Shown: piece by piece, positions 1 through 11,718 of the stretch | Position numbering within the stretch: the first letter of the stretch is position 1 | How the letters are laid out: the number at the start of each line of letters is the position of its first letter | Source of the DNA: Octopus sinensis | Lineage: Eukaryota | Reading direction: 5' to 3' | Length of the DNA: 64,000 nucleotides | NCBI RefSeq assembly: GCF_006345805.1 | Contig: NC_043005.1 | Span: 47,120,001 to 47,184,000, forward strand | Made by a program: the position numbers and the translations under genes | Notes under the pieces: generated by a model | What the model saw: only the letters and a program-made list of their open reading frames with translations | Database searches by the model: none | Told to the model about the DNA's origin: nothing

Positions 1-267
1 AGAAACGTTGTGTTAACAACAACCAAGATGAGGACAAATATCCATCGAATGTAAATAATGTATTATTGTAAGTGTTCTATACAGTGTTGAAATACACTAC
101 CTGTTTGTCGGTCTACCTGCCAGTAGGAATGAACATGGCACTCGCTCTTACACTAGAGACATAATTTATTAATTCAGAATTGATAGGTGTTGTGTTATTT
201 TTCTTATTCTTTTTAGATAGCTTTCAGAATGAATAGAGACTAATGATAAAATATTGAGACAAAATAT

Positions 268-329
268 AGATAGATAGATAGATTGAGTGATTAATTGATA
301 GATAGACAGAGAGATAGAGAGATAGATAC

Positions 330-410
<81 letters not shown>

Positions 411-469
411 GAGACAGACAGACAGACAGACAGACATACAGACAGACAGATAGATAGATAGATTGATAA

Positions 470-530
<61 letters not shown>
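268..530. repeat. (GATA)n/(GACA)n microsatellite
   Basis: Direct reading of the tandem tetranucleotide array; abuts the Tx1 3' end at 531. Confidence 0.97.
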
Positions 531-532
<2 letters not shown>

Positions 533-656
533 TGTTCCTTTATTAGCCACAGAGGGCTGAACACAGAGGGGACAAATTACAAAATAGAGCTTTTCTTTTG
601 GGGAAGAAAAAATGGGAGGGTAGGTTTTCGATCAAAAGGGATCGTGGAAAAAAAAA
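531..656 (-). mobile_element. Tx1-clade LINE, severely 5'-truncated (3' UTR tip only)
   Basis: Homologous to 8171-8285, the 3' end of the long Tx1 copy: same GATCCCTTTTGATC motif, GAAAAGCTCTA, and AATAAA-G(G)AACATA followed by (TCTA)n on the minus strand. Confidence 0.85.
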
Positions 657-664
657 GATAGATT

Positions 665-753
<89 letters not shown>

Positions 754-760
754 GATAGGT
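657..760. repeat. (GATA)n microsatellite
   Basis: Direct reading; flanks the 5' junction of the Tx1 stub. Confidence 0.95.
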
Positions 761-1770
761 AGATAAATAGAGAGAGAGGGGGAGAGAGAGAATAACGAGC
801 AATACGTTAGAAATCGCTGTGAAATCACAAAGCAAGAAGGTGAAAAGAAAAATTCAGAAGATACAACGAGAAAACAGAGAAGATTTGTAAATAATTGCGC
901 TAAATTCGATGAGAAAATGAGTCATTTCTGCGTCAGGTTGATTCTGAGAATTATGGTAGGCAGAGTACATCGGTTTGAACGTGTGAGACAAACACTGTCT
1001 GAAAATAAAACAAAAACAGTGATGAATAGTCAATAACTTATCGGAAATCATCCTTCAGTTAAGATAGAATCCAATTTGTGTATTTTTACCTCAGACTACA
1101 ATCCAAATCTGATTAGAAAAGTTCTGTAATTGAGATTTTTTTTGTTATAACATTTCTTTTTTACTTATTCGTAAAAAAAAATTACATAGTAAACTATCAA
1201 GCACTAATCACATGAGACATAAGGATATACGATAGATGTAAGCGAGTATTGAATAATGAAAATTAAAGAGACATGCAATGCTCTCAACACACGCACGCAC
1301 TCGCGTACACACGCACTCGTAAACACACAGGCAAAAACATACAAACATACTTATATGGTCATACAGTTCTCTATATTTCTCTCTCTTTCTTTCTGTATCT
1401 GTCCCTCTTTCTCTCTCTCTCTCTCTCTGTACACATTCACACACGAAGAAAGTGACAGAGCGAGAAGAAACCAAAATACACACACACACACACAAAAAAA
1501 GAAAAAATGGACAGGGAGACAAGAAAAGAAAGCTGCTTCGATGTGTGCGCATTTGTGTGTGTGTGTGAGAGCGCATGTTTGTATGTGTGCACACCTTTGT
1601 ATATACGTGCGTGTGTGCTTGTGTGTGTGTGTGCGTGTTTACTGCAAAGAAAATGCATTGATATGTAGCAAGAAATATTCGTTTTACTCCATCTTCGAAC
1701 CATCGTTTGCACCAGTTCTTTTAATGTGTGAACTGTTTCCAAATTTGTTTATTTTCCGCCTGACTCACGC

Positions 1771-1876
1771 ATACATACATACATACATACATACATACAT
1801 ACATACATACATACATACATACATACATACATGCATACATACATACATACATACATACATACATGCATACATACAT
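1771..1876. repeat. (CATA)n microsatellite
   Basis: Direct reading. Confidence 0.97.
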
Positions 1877-1877
1877 A

Positions 1878-2225
1878 TCTATTATATAAAATCCGTTTTG
1901 TCTGTCTCTGTATGTATGTCTTCTAGGGTCTCGGGCATCCTTCATCCGATTGCACTCAAATTTGATATGTAGATACCGACGGTATCAGGGCGTGTATAAG
2001 TTTTGAAAAAATTACAAAAATCGATTCCAGGTGAGAATGCGATCGATAAAGCCGTGGGAACATGCATTTGTGCGCGCAAGTACATAAGTTGTTGCTCAAA
2101 TTTAGGTTAAATCAGTTTCTCAAAGGGGAGGCCTATGGGACGGTCGGACAAGTTGTTTTGAGAAAATTTGGTTTAAATGTTTGACAACTCAGCACCGGTC
2201 CATTGGACGGGGTGCGTTTTGCTCG
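1878..2225 (+). mobile_element. Non-autonomous Helitron
   Basis: 5' end A|TCTATTATATAAA; GC-rich subterminal hairpin GCACC-G-GTCCA-T-TGGAC-GG-GGTGC (2192-2215) a few nt before the CTCG|T end; A|T insertion site; no TIR or TSD. Confidence 0.7.
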
Positions 2226-2279
2226 TATATATATAAACTGATGTGCCTTTATATATGTGTATGTATATATGTGTGTGCG

Positions 2280-2322
<43 letters not shown>

Positions 2323-2455
2323 ATTTGACCTTCTGGCCAATAACTAACGATGATTTAGCGACCTCCTATGTCTATTTCCCGTTTGTTTGTCCATTAATTA
2401 CTTTTTTAACTTATCATCACACATACACACGCGCGCGTGCACACACATACAACAT

Positions 2456-2877
2456 GTACTGAATGTTCTCATGTACAACTTTTCTGATAGTGAATTCTGA
2501 AACCTTGAGGTCTTTTGCAATGGCTTTGATTGACTTTCCAGGATTTTCATCAATTATATCTTAGACTTGTTGTACGAAGTTATGAGTTCTGTTGGTATTA
2601 TGACCTTGTGCATGGCTTTTGCGTTTAAATGCTGTTGCTGGATGCCTGTCAGTGGCTTCCAGCTTCTTTCGAACTTTAACAACGATGGATCGAGCAACTT
2701 TCGGTGAGCGAGCTATCTCTGTTTCACTATGCTGCGCTTTTAAGATAACGACTACAGTATGCTTTTTCATTTTGTAGAGTAAGCTGGATGTAGGACATTA
2801 TTTATCTCTAAAGTAAGGAAAAAAATTAGAAAAAATTAGAGCTCTTCAAGGAGGTGTCCTAAAAAGTTGACGCACCG
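2456..2877 (-). mobile_element. IS630-Tc1-mariner transposon 5' fragment (maT/DD37D-like N-terminal HTH region), decayed
   Basis: Minus strand translates MKKHTVVVILKAQHSETEIARSPKVARSIVVKVRKKLE...FVQQV*DIIDENPGKSIKAIAKDLKVSEFTIRKVVHE (two HTH-like blocks, one in-frame stop); starts after TA with ITR-like CGGTGCGTCAACTTTTTAGGACACC. Confidence 0.65.
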
Positions 2878-4284
2878 TAAGAAACAGAATGGGTGAGTGA
2901 GAGAGTGAATGAGTAAGTGAGTGAGTGAATGAGTGAGTGAGTGAGTGACTGACTGACTGACTGGCTGACTTACTGACTGACAGAGAATGAGACAGAGTTA
3001 GACTGAAAGAATAATGGCGATACAGAGTGAATGAGAAATGATGTATGTACACGGCACTTTGAATACGAATGTATATTGAACACATGTTTTGTGTGATCAA
3101 ACAACGCAATCAGATACACAAATAATCCCAATCCCTCACCTCAACATACACGTGAACTCCCTCACACATATTTATTTATTCATTAATATACGCGTCTGAA
3201 TAAACATCTTTGGTATGTTAGGTGTTTGTAGACGAGACAACTGCACTTTTGTCTTAAATCGGATATATTAAAAAAAAAATGAATAACGTGACATTGAACT
3301 GCTCTTTTCAATACTACTTACATCTCCTACAGAACACGTATTTAGTATTTATAATGTTTAATGTCTAGGTTGACTATCGTTCAAGCAGAAGAGCATCTTA
3401 CACAAGATGTATAGACTTCGTTGTCACAAATTCTTCCGACAGTACAACCGATTTATATTTTTAACTATGTGTTCTCTCTCTCTTTACACAGCAACTGTCC
3501 TCTCACATGTACAACTAACTGGTCTTAGCAAAAATAGGCCGAATGTTTTGCTGCTCAATTATAAGGGAAAAAGAAATCAATTAATGATGAAATGAGAAGC
3601 TAAATCTAAATAAATTTAAGCTCTATAAAGGTGAACATGTTTTCCTCTTGGCTGAAGTTTGTGTCTCAAGGGACGTCAAACTCATTTTTCTTACTAACTC
3701 AACTGGTGCAGCGACTATGGTTACACGTTTGTCTCTCCGAGCTGGACACTTTATTACATTACAATAAATTTAGCAGTTATACACGCAACATGCCATCTCT
3801 ATGGAGCGACAACTATTACACAGCTTCCTTCGCCCACCCACTTCGATCCGTCTCTCCACCCCGACATACATACACACGCACTAACAACGCGTATATTTCA
3901 GAAAGCCGCCTTCTTAGATATCAATCTTACTCTTGCAATAGGTCTAATTTGTAGAAATTCCCTATCTCTTTGCTCTACTATCTTCTGCGGACAGCCAATA
4001 CTTTCCTTTAATCATTTACTTCGTTTATATACCGCAGAACTTTGTCTGCTATGATGTCTGGTTATATCTTTGTATGACACCCTAACTAATCGAGGATGCT
4101 AGACTAACAGGTATATGTGGATTCAATTCAGAGCACATCTGTCTATGTATCATTTTTGCTGGTTTATACACGCATTCGTAGTTGCCCATACACACACAAG
4201 TATATCACAGACACGCAATCACACTAACATATATACCTTACTGCACAAATCCACGAATAGGCACGCACAAACATGCATACAATA

Positions 4285-4374
<90 letters not shown>

Positions 4375-5007
4375 CATACATACATGCATATATACATACA
4401 TATATACATACATTCATGCATACATACAATGCAAATGAATGAAAAGCTAAGGTGGGATTGCTTACAACGAACACGTACTTAAGTAAGAACAAGTACCGCA
4501 AAATTAACATGCTTTGAGGTCTATGAAATAACGTACCTGTGCATATGTATCAATCAGTATGTCTATCTATTCAAACGTGCTACGTAGTTTTCTACATATA
4601 TAAGCACGCATGTTTGTTCTTCCACTTTGTTCTACTATACCAATCTCGGTCTGTATCCTTGTTTTTCACCTTCTCTCTCCCTTTACACACACACACACAC
4701 GAACACGAGTGAGTGGATAAACGAATATTTAGTAGGGGATATGTATATTATTACTTAAAACAGTTCAATTCGGCCCCAAACAGGAACTTAGCTCATAGGC
4801 AACTATTGAAGAGGTTGCAAGAAGTAATGAATATCTTTTTAAAAAAATAAATAAGTAAATGAGTGGAAATCGAACCGGTGTGTGTGTGATAATAAATAAG
4901 GCATTTAAACAGAATGACTCTCCCCAGACAATAGAATATGCTTCAACACACGAATTCACATAAAGAATCATGCAAACCAAATGCAATAACGAAATTTATA
5001 TATATTT

Positions 5008-5134
5008 ATTTCTGTGTTCCTTTCTGTCGAAGAGCTTAGGCTCGAAACGTAAAAGACTTTCTCACTTCCCAAGCGTTTAACTAACACAACTGTTTGTCGT
5101 TTACACACCCGTCTTCGTCTTTCTTTTTTTGTAA

Positions 5135-5140
<6 letters not shown>
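5008..5140 (+). mobile_element. Penelope-LTR-like repeat with hammerhead-like motif (5020-5055)
   Basis: cttt-CTGTCGA-A-GAGC-ttag-GCTC-GAAAC-GTA-aaag; downstream part recurs at 16671-16772. Penelope assignment is inferred from the known association of minimal hammerheads with Penelope LTRs. Confidence 0.5.
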
Positions 5141-5165
<25 letters not shown>

Positions 5166-5209
5166 GAACACATATACATTAACTATTTTGTGTGTTTGTG
5201 TCCATGCGT

Positions 5210-5243
<34 letters not shown>

Positions 5244-5850
5244 AAGAGAGAGAGACAGAAATCTGTGTGTGTGTTTTCCAGCGTGTCTTCGTGTGTACAG
5301 AGACTGGCGTGGGTTTTGAACGTTCCCTTTCTTAAATGCAACGCACTCTCTATATATTCCTGCAACCTTCATCCCATGTGACCAATGTATATATGCAAGC
5401 ATACATACATACACACATTCATAGAGATGGACAAATATTGGCATAGATACGTATAATGTCGAGCTTACGCAACAATCGCCGCGTACATACATAAGTTAGA
5501 AATTTTAGGTGTGTAGCTATGTGTATGTCTCAATATACCTGTGTAGTATAACCTCATGGGTTTTAATTATTAAACATATACAAAACTCAACTTGTCACAA
5601 ACACTGGTCATGAACATAAGTTTAAAATCTATTGCATATAATGCAACAGTACACAAGTTATTTATATGCAATATATGTCTGAATGAATATACGTGATATA
5701 TATTAATAATTTAATTACATTTATATAAAATTTAATATTGGTTAATACATTGATATGGAACCTGACTGCGATACACAGACACATATGTAGTCCACGAGGA
5801 GCATCGAAATTATGTAAATGTATGTATGTTTGTATGTATGTACATATAAG

Positions 5851-6002
5851 GTGGCTGCATGATAAGAAGTTCGTTTCCCATCCGCACTTTTCTTAGTTCA
5901 GTTCTACTGTGTGCCACCTTCGACAGGTGTCTTCTATTATAATCTCAAGCCGACCAAGCCCTGTGAATACATCTGGTAGAGAGAAATCGAAAGAAGCCCC
6001 TC

Positions 6003-6005
<3 letters not shown>
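5851..6005 (+). mobile_element. SINE family 1 head, degraded
   Basis: Aligns by eye to 19645-19800 (GGTGGCTG..TAAGAAG, AGTTCAGTTC, CACCTT..CAGGTGTCTTCTA, GAAAGAAGCCC). Confidence 0.7.
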
Positions 6006-6049
<44 letters not shown>

Positions 6050-6509
6050 ATATATGAATACAAAATTAAGAGGAATTACCACCAAAGTGGACTCCTAATA
6101 TGCTAAATATAGACGTCAAAATCGCCATTACCACGAAAAAATTCAGCAAAATGCTAGAATGTAAAAATGAGCAAGACAAATGAAAATATACGAAATAAAA
6201 CACGATTACCTATGTACCAATGGTTTTGTTTGTTAATATTTACGAATGTAAGTATCTACAAGCGCATCAACGTAGATTGTCGCTTACAAAACACCATTTC
6301 CAGAACTAGACACAGAACCCTCACCCGAAAGGGAGCATGTATAAAGGTCTGAAAATTATATTTGGAGGTATTTTTCAAATGTATTCCTTTTGGCGCACTG
6401 GGGCCGGAAATAACTCTGCAATTAATAAATTTCAGCAGCTAATTTATTGGTTAGAGAACATTGTTATTGAAAAATTAAATAATGAGGGTATAAATTGATA
6501 TTAATCAAT

Positions 6510-6845
6510 TAAAATCAGTGGCGCAGTTTGTGACAGACCATGCCTTTCTTTTTACTGGGCTCAAATCTTATTTACGAACCCATGGAAAACAAATCTCCAC
6601 CAACTATTCGGCCTATATGTCTGTACACACCTTTCAAAGCAGATCTAACGGAGGCCTCAAAAGACATTTTAAAATCCACAAAGATCAAAACTTATCTGCG
6701 GTCCAAATCGGATATACAATCTATGTGGGTGTCTTTTCAAAACATTATTTGGTTTAAAAAGCCACATCAGATGCCATGGTGGTTCTAAGGTGTAGGTACA
6801 GGTGGTAGTCAAGCTCTGCATAAGGAGGGGAATACGCCGAATAAA
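6510..6845 (+). pseudogene. Two decayed C2H2 zinc-finger motifs, possibly the 3' end of an RTE-type LINE
   Basis: Frame-shifted pieces read (G)AVCDRPCLSF/TGLKSYLRTH and YVCTH../SRSNGGLKRHFKIH; the first Cys and a His are mutated. Confidence 0.4.
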
Positions 6846-7238
6846 ATCATAATTAACTGATCCTCCATGTATTTTCTTTAACCAAAAGCCAGACACTTTT
6901 TTTGCACCAGCTCGTATATGTATGTATTTATGTACAGTAAACTGACAATATTTGTATTCCATATCTTATTCAATGTTATGTACTTCTCATCCCGTCAGTG
7001 TGCGAGTGTGTAAAATCTCTTTGATTTCAGGAATTGAAAGATGCTTTTCACTGCAATGTAAAGGCACAAACCGATACACTATGGCACCAGTGACGTCGCA
7101 ACTAATTTCTACAGCTGAAATAGAGCTAAGTGAAAATAAAGTGACTTGCTCAAGAACACAACACTCATCCAGGTACGGTAAACGATGCCCGATTCAATGG
7201 GCCGTATGACTTCACAAAACGATATAGCTTGTGTATGT

Positions 7239-7297
<59 letters not shown>

Positions 7298-7390
7298 TGT
7301 GCATGTATATTTTTTCTATGTATGTCTGAATGCATGCATGGGTCTATATGTGCATGTGTAGCTTTCTATCTTCTGTATCTACTTCTCTTG

Positions 7391-7441
<51 letters not shown>

Positions 7442-8025
7442 GTCTGTATATGTATCTATCTATCTGTCTACCTACCTACCTATCTGTCTATCTATCTCTC
7501 TCTATCTCTCTATCTCTCTATCTATTTATCTATCTGTTTGTCAGTCTGTCTATCTTATATATTTACGTATGCATACACATACACACACACAGACGCGCGC
7601 ACACACACACACACACACATATATTTGCGTGTGTGTGTCAATATGCATACGTATCTATTTGAAGTGAGTGTTTCTCGTAATATTATGAAAAATAAGTAAC
7701 ATTTACTAAGAAGAGACGCGGTACATCAATAGAATCTAAATAGAGTTTAAACAATTTTGACAAAAATAGTGTAACTGACTTCGAAGTTTTGCCAACAGCG
7801 GCATGATAGATTTTCTGCCGATTCTTTGTGGTAGAAACTTGGCACTATATTTGCACACACACACATATACAAACACTATATTCAGGTTATTAACTGTCTG
7901 TGTGTGTGTGCATTTATGTGTACCTGTGCAAATGTTGCATGCCTGTTATGTATTCACGTATACACGCACGCACGCACACACACACACATACACACACACA
8001 CGCACGCACTTGCGGCGATAGTTGG

Positions 8026-8047
8026 ATAGATAGGTAGATAAATAGAC

Positions 8048-8090
<43 letters not shown>

Positions 8091-8127
8091 CAGATAGACA
8101 AATAGCTAGATAGACAGATAGACAAAC

Positions 8128-8170
<43 letters not shown>
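8026..8170. repeat. (GATA)n/(GACA)n microsatellite
   Basis: Direct reading; abuts the Tx1 3' end at 8171. Confidence 0.95.
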
Positions 8171-8172
<2 letters not shown>

Positions 8173-11100
8173 TGTTTCTTTATTGCCACACAGGGCTGCC
8201 CACAGATAGAACAAATTACAAGTAGAGCTTTTCTTTTGAAGGTAAAAAAAAAGGGGGGTGTTCGATCAAAAGGGATCGTAAAAGGAGAGAAAGAGACAAA
8301 AAAGGGGGGGGTTAAAAAAAAGGGGGAGAGGAAAAAAAATGATCAATAGGGATCGTTATCACAGAAATGTCAATATGAAGTGTAAAGGGGAGGACAGGTG
8401 AGGTTTACCCGTGGAAAGAAAAGCCTACGGAAAAGACCACGGTAACCTCGGTCAATGAAGTCACATGTTATATTTCTTTCTTTTTTTTTGCAAATAAGCA
8501 ACTCTCTGTATTAATTTTTATGGTTCATAGAATCATAGTCAAGTGGCTTCGTCATTCATACGTGCCATCCTTGCTACATTCACCATCTTTTTTTAAAACA
8601 TTCACTAGACAAAACTTGCCTCTCTACTCTCACTTCCTCTTCAAGTGATACTTGAAGAAGTTGATGAGAGATTGACCAGAGAGGAAAGTGTTTGTCTCTA
8701 ATCCTTTCAGGCGCGTCCACCAGATACATTCTTTCGCCATAGCCACAAGTATGATAAAAATAGCTCTTCCTTCCCGTTTGAAGGAAGGAGGCGTGACGAT
8801 ATTAACGATAGACCTCGCTGATAAACCGACACGTCCCACACGTGACAGCAGTCGTTCGACATAAGCCCACAGGTGGGAAATTGCTGGACACTGCACGATT
8901 GCGTGCAGAGCGGTTTCGTCGCTCTGCCCGCATCTCGGGCAGGTCGGCCCCGTGTTTCTCGAGCCATGCCTATAGAGCTTATCCCGAACGGGTAGCGCTT
9001 CTCCGTAGCACCGCCAGGCCAGGGATCTCTGGAAGTTGTCCATAGGTCCCGGGCCGAAAGTCGTTTGAAACAGGCGGGTCAGGTATTCCTCGTCGACGCC
9101 CAGTTTGCCCCGAGCTCGTCGTCATACCTCCTCTCCACTAATCCCCTATAGAATGCTTTGGTTGTGTTGAAGTCACTCAAGGTCGACCCAGGACGGCAGA
9201 GTTGCTTGAGAGCAACGCGACACTCGCGGTGCCATTCGCCCTTCCTCGCCTCTTTTTGATCCACGACTGTAGTTCGGTCATGGAGACGATTTGCGGGAAT
9301 GCGTGCCTCACAAACGGCGACCACACCTGTTCACCGTCGTCTACATAGAGCGGAGATGTCGCAGTCTCAGCGCGTGTCTGCGCATCATCAACCACGGCAT
9401 GCCCAGCCTCCTTTAACGGGTGTTGACAGCAAATGGATCGCCTGACCATCGGGACTCATCCTTTCCACAAGAGCGGAAGAGGATGCGTTCTAGTTTGGTG
9501 ATGGTAGGGTCGGGACAAGACACGACGGTCAGGCGGTAGTAGATGATGGACGCGATGTACGCGTTCACCACCTCCGCCCGACCTTTTAGGGACAGTTTCC
9601 TCTCGGCCCATTGCTGGGCGAGAGTGACCACCCTACTCGTTATCTCGTTCCAGTTTCTTCTCCATTTAGAGGTCCGGACCGAACCAGACCCCGAGCAACT
9701 CAACCCGGGCCGTCGGTCCAGCGTCCTACGACGGAGGTACTGGTGGACGCATGGGCTTGCTTCTCCAGGTGCCGAGCCGCAAGCCCACTGACTTTTCCCG
9801 GTTGATTTTTGCTCCTGTCCAACCGCTTCGTAGTCTTTCAGTGTCTCGCCGACCCGCTCGATTGCTAGTGGATTGAACACTATGACGGTGAGGTCGTCCG
9901 CGTATGCAGACACGCTCGTACCGCATCCCAACTCTCGCGGGATGCCCCTTAGAGTCGCCAGCTTCCGCAGTAGTGGGCTCAAGAGTCAATACGTATAGAA
10001 GCGCCGAAGAGGGGCATCCCTGACGGACCGAGCGTGCAATGTCGAAAGGTCTCGATAGATGTCCATTTAACGCGAATTACCGAACGGATGCCTCTGTACA
10101 AGGCAGCTATCCAGCCGCGAAAGTCGGGACCGAAACCAGCCGCTCTCAGGACTGCCTCCAAGTATCGATGGTCTACCCTATCAAAGGCTTTCGATTGATC
10201 CAAGTTGATCAGGGCCCCCCATGCAGGTTCGTTAACTACCCTGTCTATGATGTAGCGCATCAGATGGAGGTTGTCATGGATTTTCCGGCCCGGCACGGCG
10301 CACGTTTGTGCGTTGTCGACCAGTTTCTTCGATGACAAGCGCCAACCTCTTGGCTAACACCTTTGTCAAAATTTTCAGGTCTGCATTGAGCAGCGTGGAT
10401 TGGTCTAAAGTTATCTATAATGTTTCCCTTGTTTGGATCTTCTTCAGCAGAGTTACAGCTCCTCGACTCACAAAACCGGGTATGCTCCCGTTTTGCTGCC
10501 AGTTGCAGTATACGCTGCCCAGACGTCTCCAAACAAGTCTGGCATACAATTGTAAAACTCGTAGGGTAGACCATCCAATCCCGGTGATTTGTCCCTCGAG
10601 CATTCTGCTATCGCTTCCTGTACTTCCGCCGCCGTGATGGCACCTTCGCAGCACCCTGCTTTCTTTCTCGAGAGTCGCGGCAGGCTATGTAGGTAGGCAC
10701 TGAAGTCCACCACCCTACGTTCTTGCCCTTCACTCGTCCCGAACAGTCGGGCAAAATGCTGCTGAAAGGCCTCACACATTTTACTGGCTCGAGCAATTCG
10801 CGCCCCTGTTCATCTACCAGTGACCGAATGGTGGCTTTGTTGCCCTGTTGCGCCTCTGCCCCCCTCTCTCGCGGCTCCAACACCTTCGTTCCTTAGAGCA
10901 CGCATCCTAGCTCTGACAGCACATCCTTCGTGTTTGGCGTTGAAGTGTTGGTCGAGGCCAACCTCGCCGCACAACGTCGGATGCGATGCCGCTTCTAATT
11001 GCCTCTTCTAGCTTCTTAACTAGCTCACCCTCTACTCTATTTCTATCTATGGCTAGTGCTTTGCTGTACTAATCGCTTCTGCTTTTACTGCTCTCTTGAG

Positions 11101-11718
11101 GGCAAACCACCATTTGTTGTTGATGATGGCTCCCGTCAAAGCCCTCTTTACTAGTGTGCTAATCCGGTCTCTGAAAACTTGTCTGGGCGGGAATGATGCG
11201 TTCAGTTTCCAGTACCCAGGACCCTGTCTATGTGCCTTATCTAAGTCTAGCGTACACGTCACCATTTGTGATCCGTGTAGCTGACTGTGTGGAATTGTGG
11301 ACATCCTAAGTTAATCCTTGTCTAATGTCCTACACAGTATCCTATTTAGATACGATCTCGACGATCCACTGCGGTTGCTCCATGTCCACGTTGGTGCATT
11401 TGGGTGGTCGAGTCGGTACCTGTCAGACAGTTGGAATCGTCTGAGCAGGTCTCTGAGGCATTTGCATCCCCTTCTGTTTCTGTCTCTATCCACGTAGTCT
11501 ACATGCGTCTCCAAGGTAGCATTCCAATCCCCCACTAAGAGTAAAGGACGAGACGTTCCCAAGAATACTTCTAGACGTCGAAAGAAATCCGCCCGACCTG
11601 TTAAGGGCGGTGCGTAGACTGATACGAGTCGAAAAGCGCACCCATTGCTGCCGTCAACATCCAGAACGACCAGTCTACCCTCCGGGTCTACGAATATCGT
11701 CTAGACTTCGTGATCCAG
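8171..11718 (-). mobile_element. Tx1-clade (L1-related) LINE, 5'-truncated inside the APE endonuclease; ORF2 (APE-RT-CCHC) frameshifted, stop at ~8525
   Basis: APE motifs FRLVSVYAP, LVGDWNA, TWTWSN, GPGYWKLNAS; RT motifs KSPGLDGLPYEFY, IHDNLHLMR, LDQSKAFDRVDH, AYADD; C-terminal CPRCGQSDETALHAIVQC; 3' UTR ending AATAAAGAAACATA-(TCTA)n. Confidence 0.93.

Noticed and set aside
1-70. GAAACGTTGTGTTAAC... at the window edge resembling the 3' half of another hammerhead/Penelope LTR
   Set aside because: The core half would lie outside the window, so it cannot be supported from this sequence.
169-835. ORFs such as LSIYLSIY..., and the many [12 protein letters not shown] ORFs across the window
   Set aside because: Translations of stop-free microsatellite frames ((TATC)n, (TA)n, (TG)n, (CATA)n); no coding evidence.
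854-1051. Minus-strand ORF with a strong polypyrimidine acceptor near 1000
   Set aside because: No homology or partner exon; such acceptors are common by chance in AT-rich DNA.
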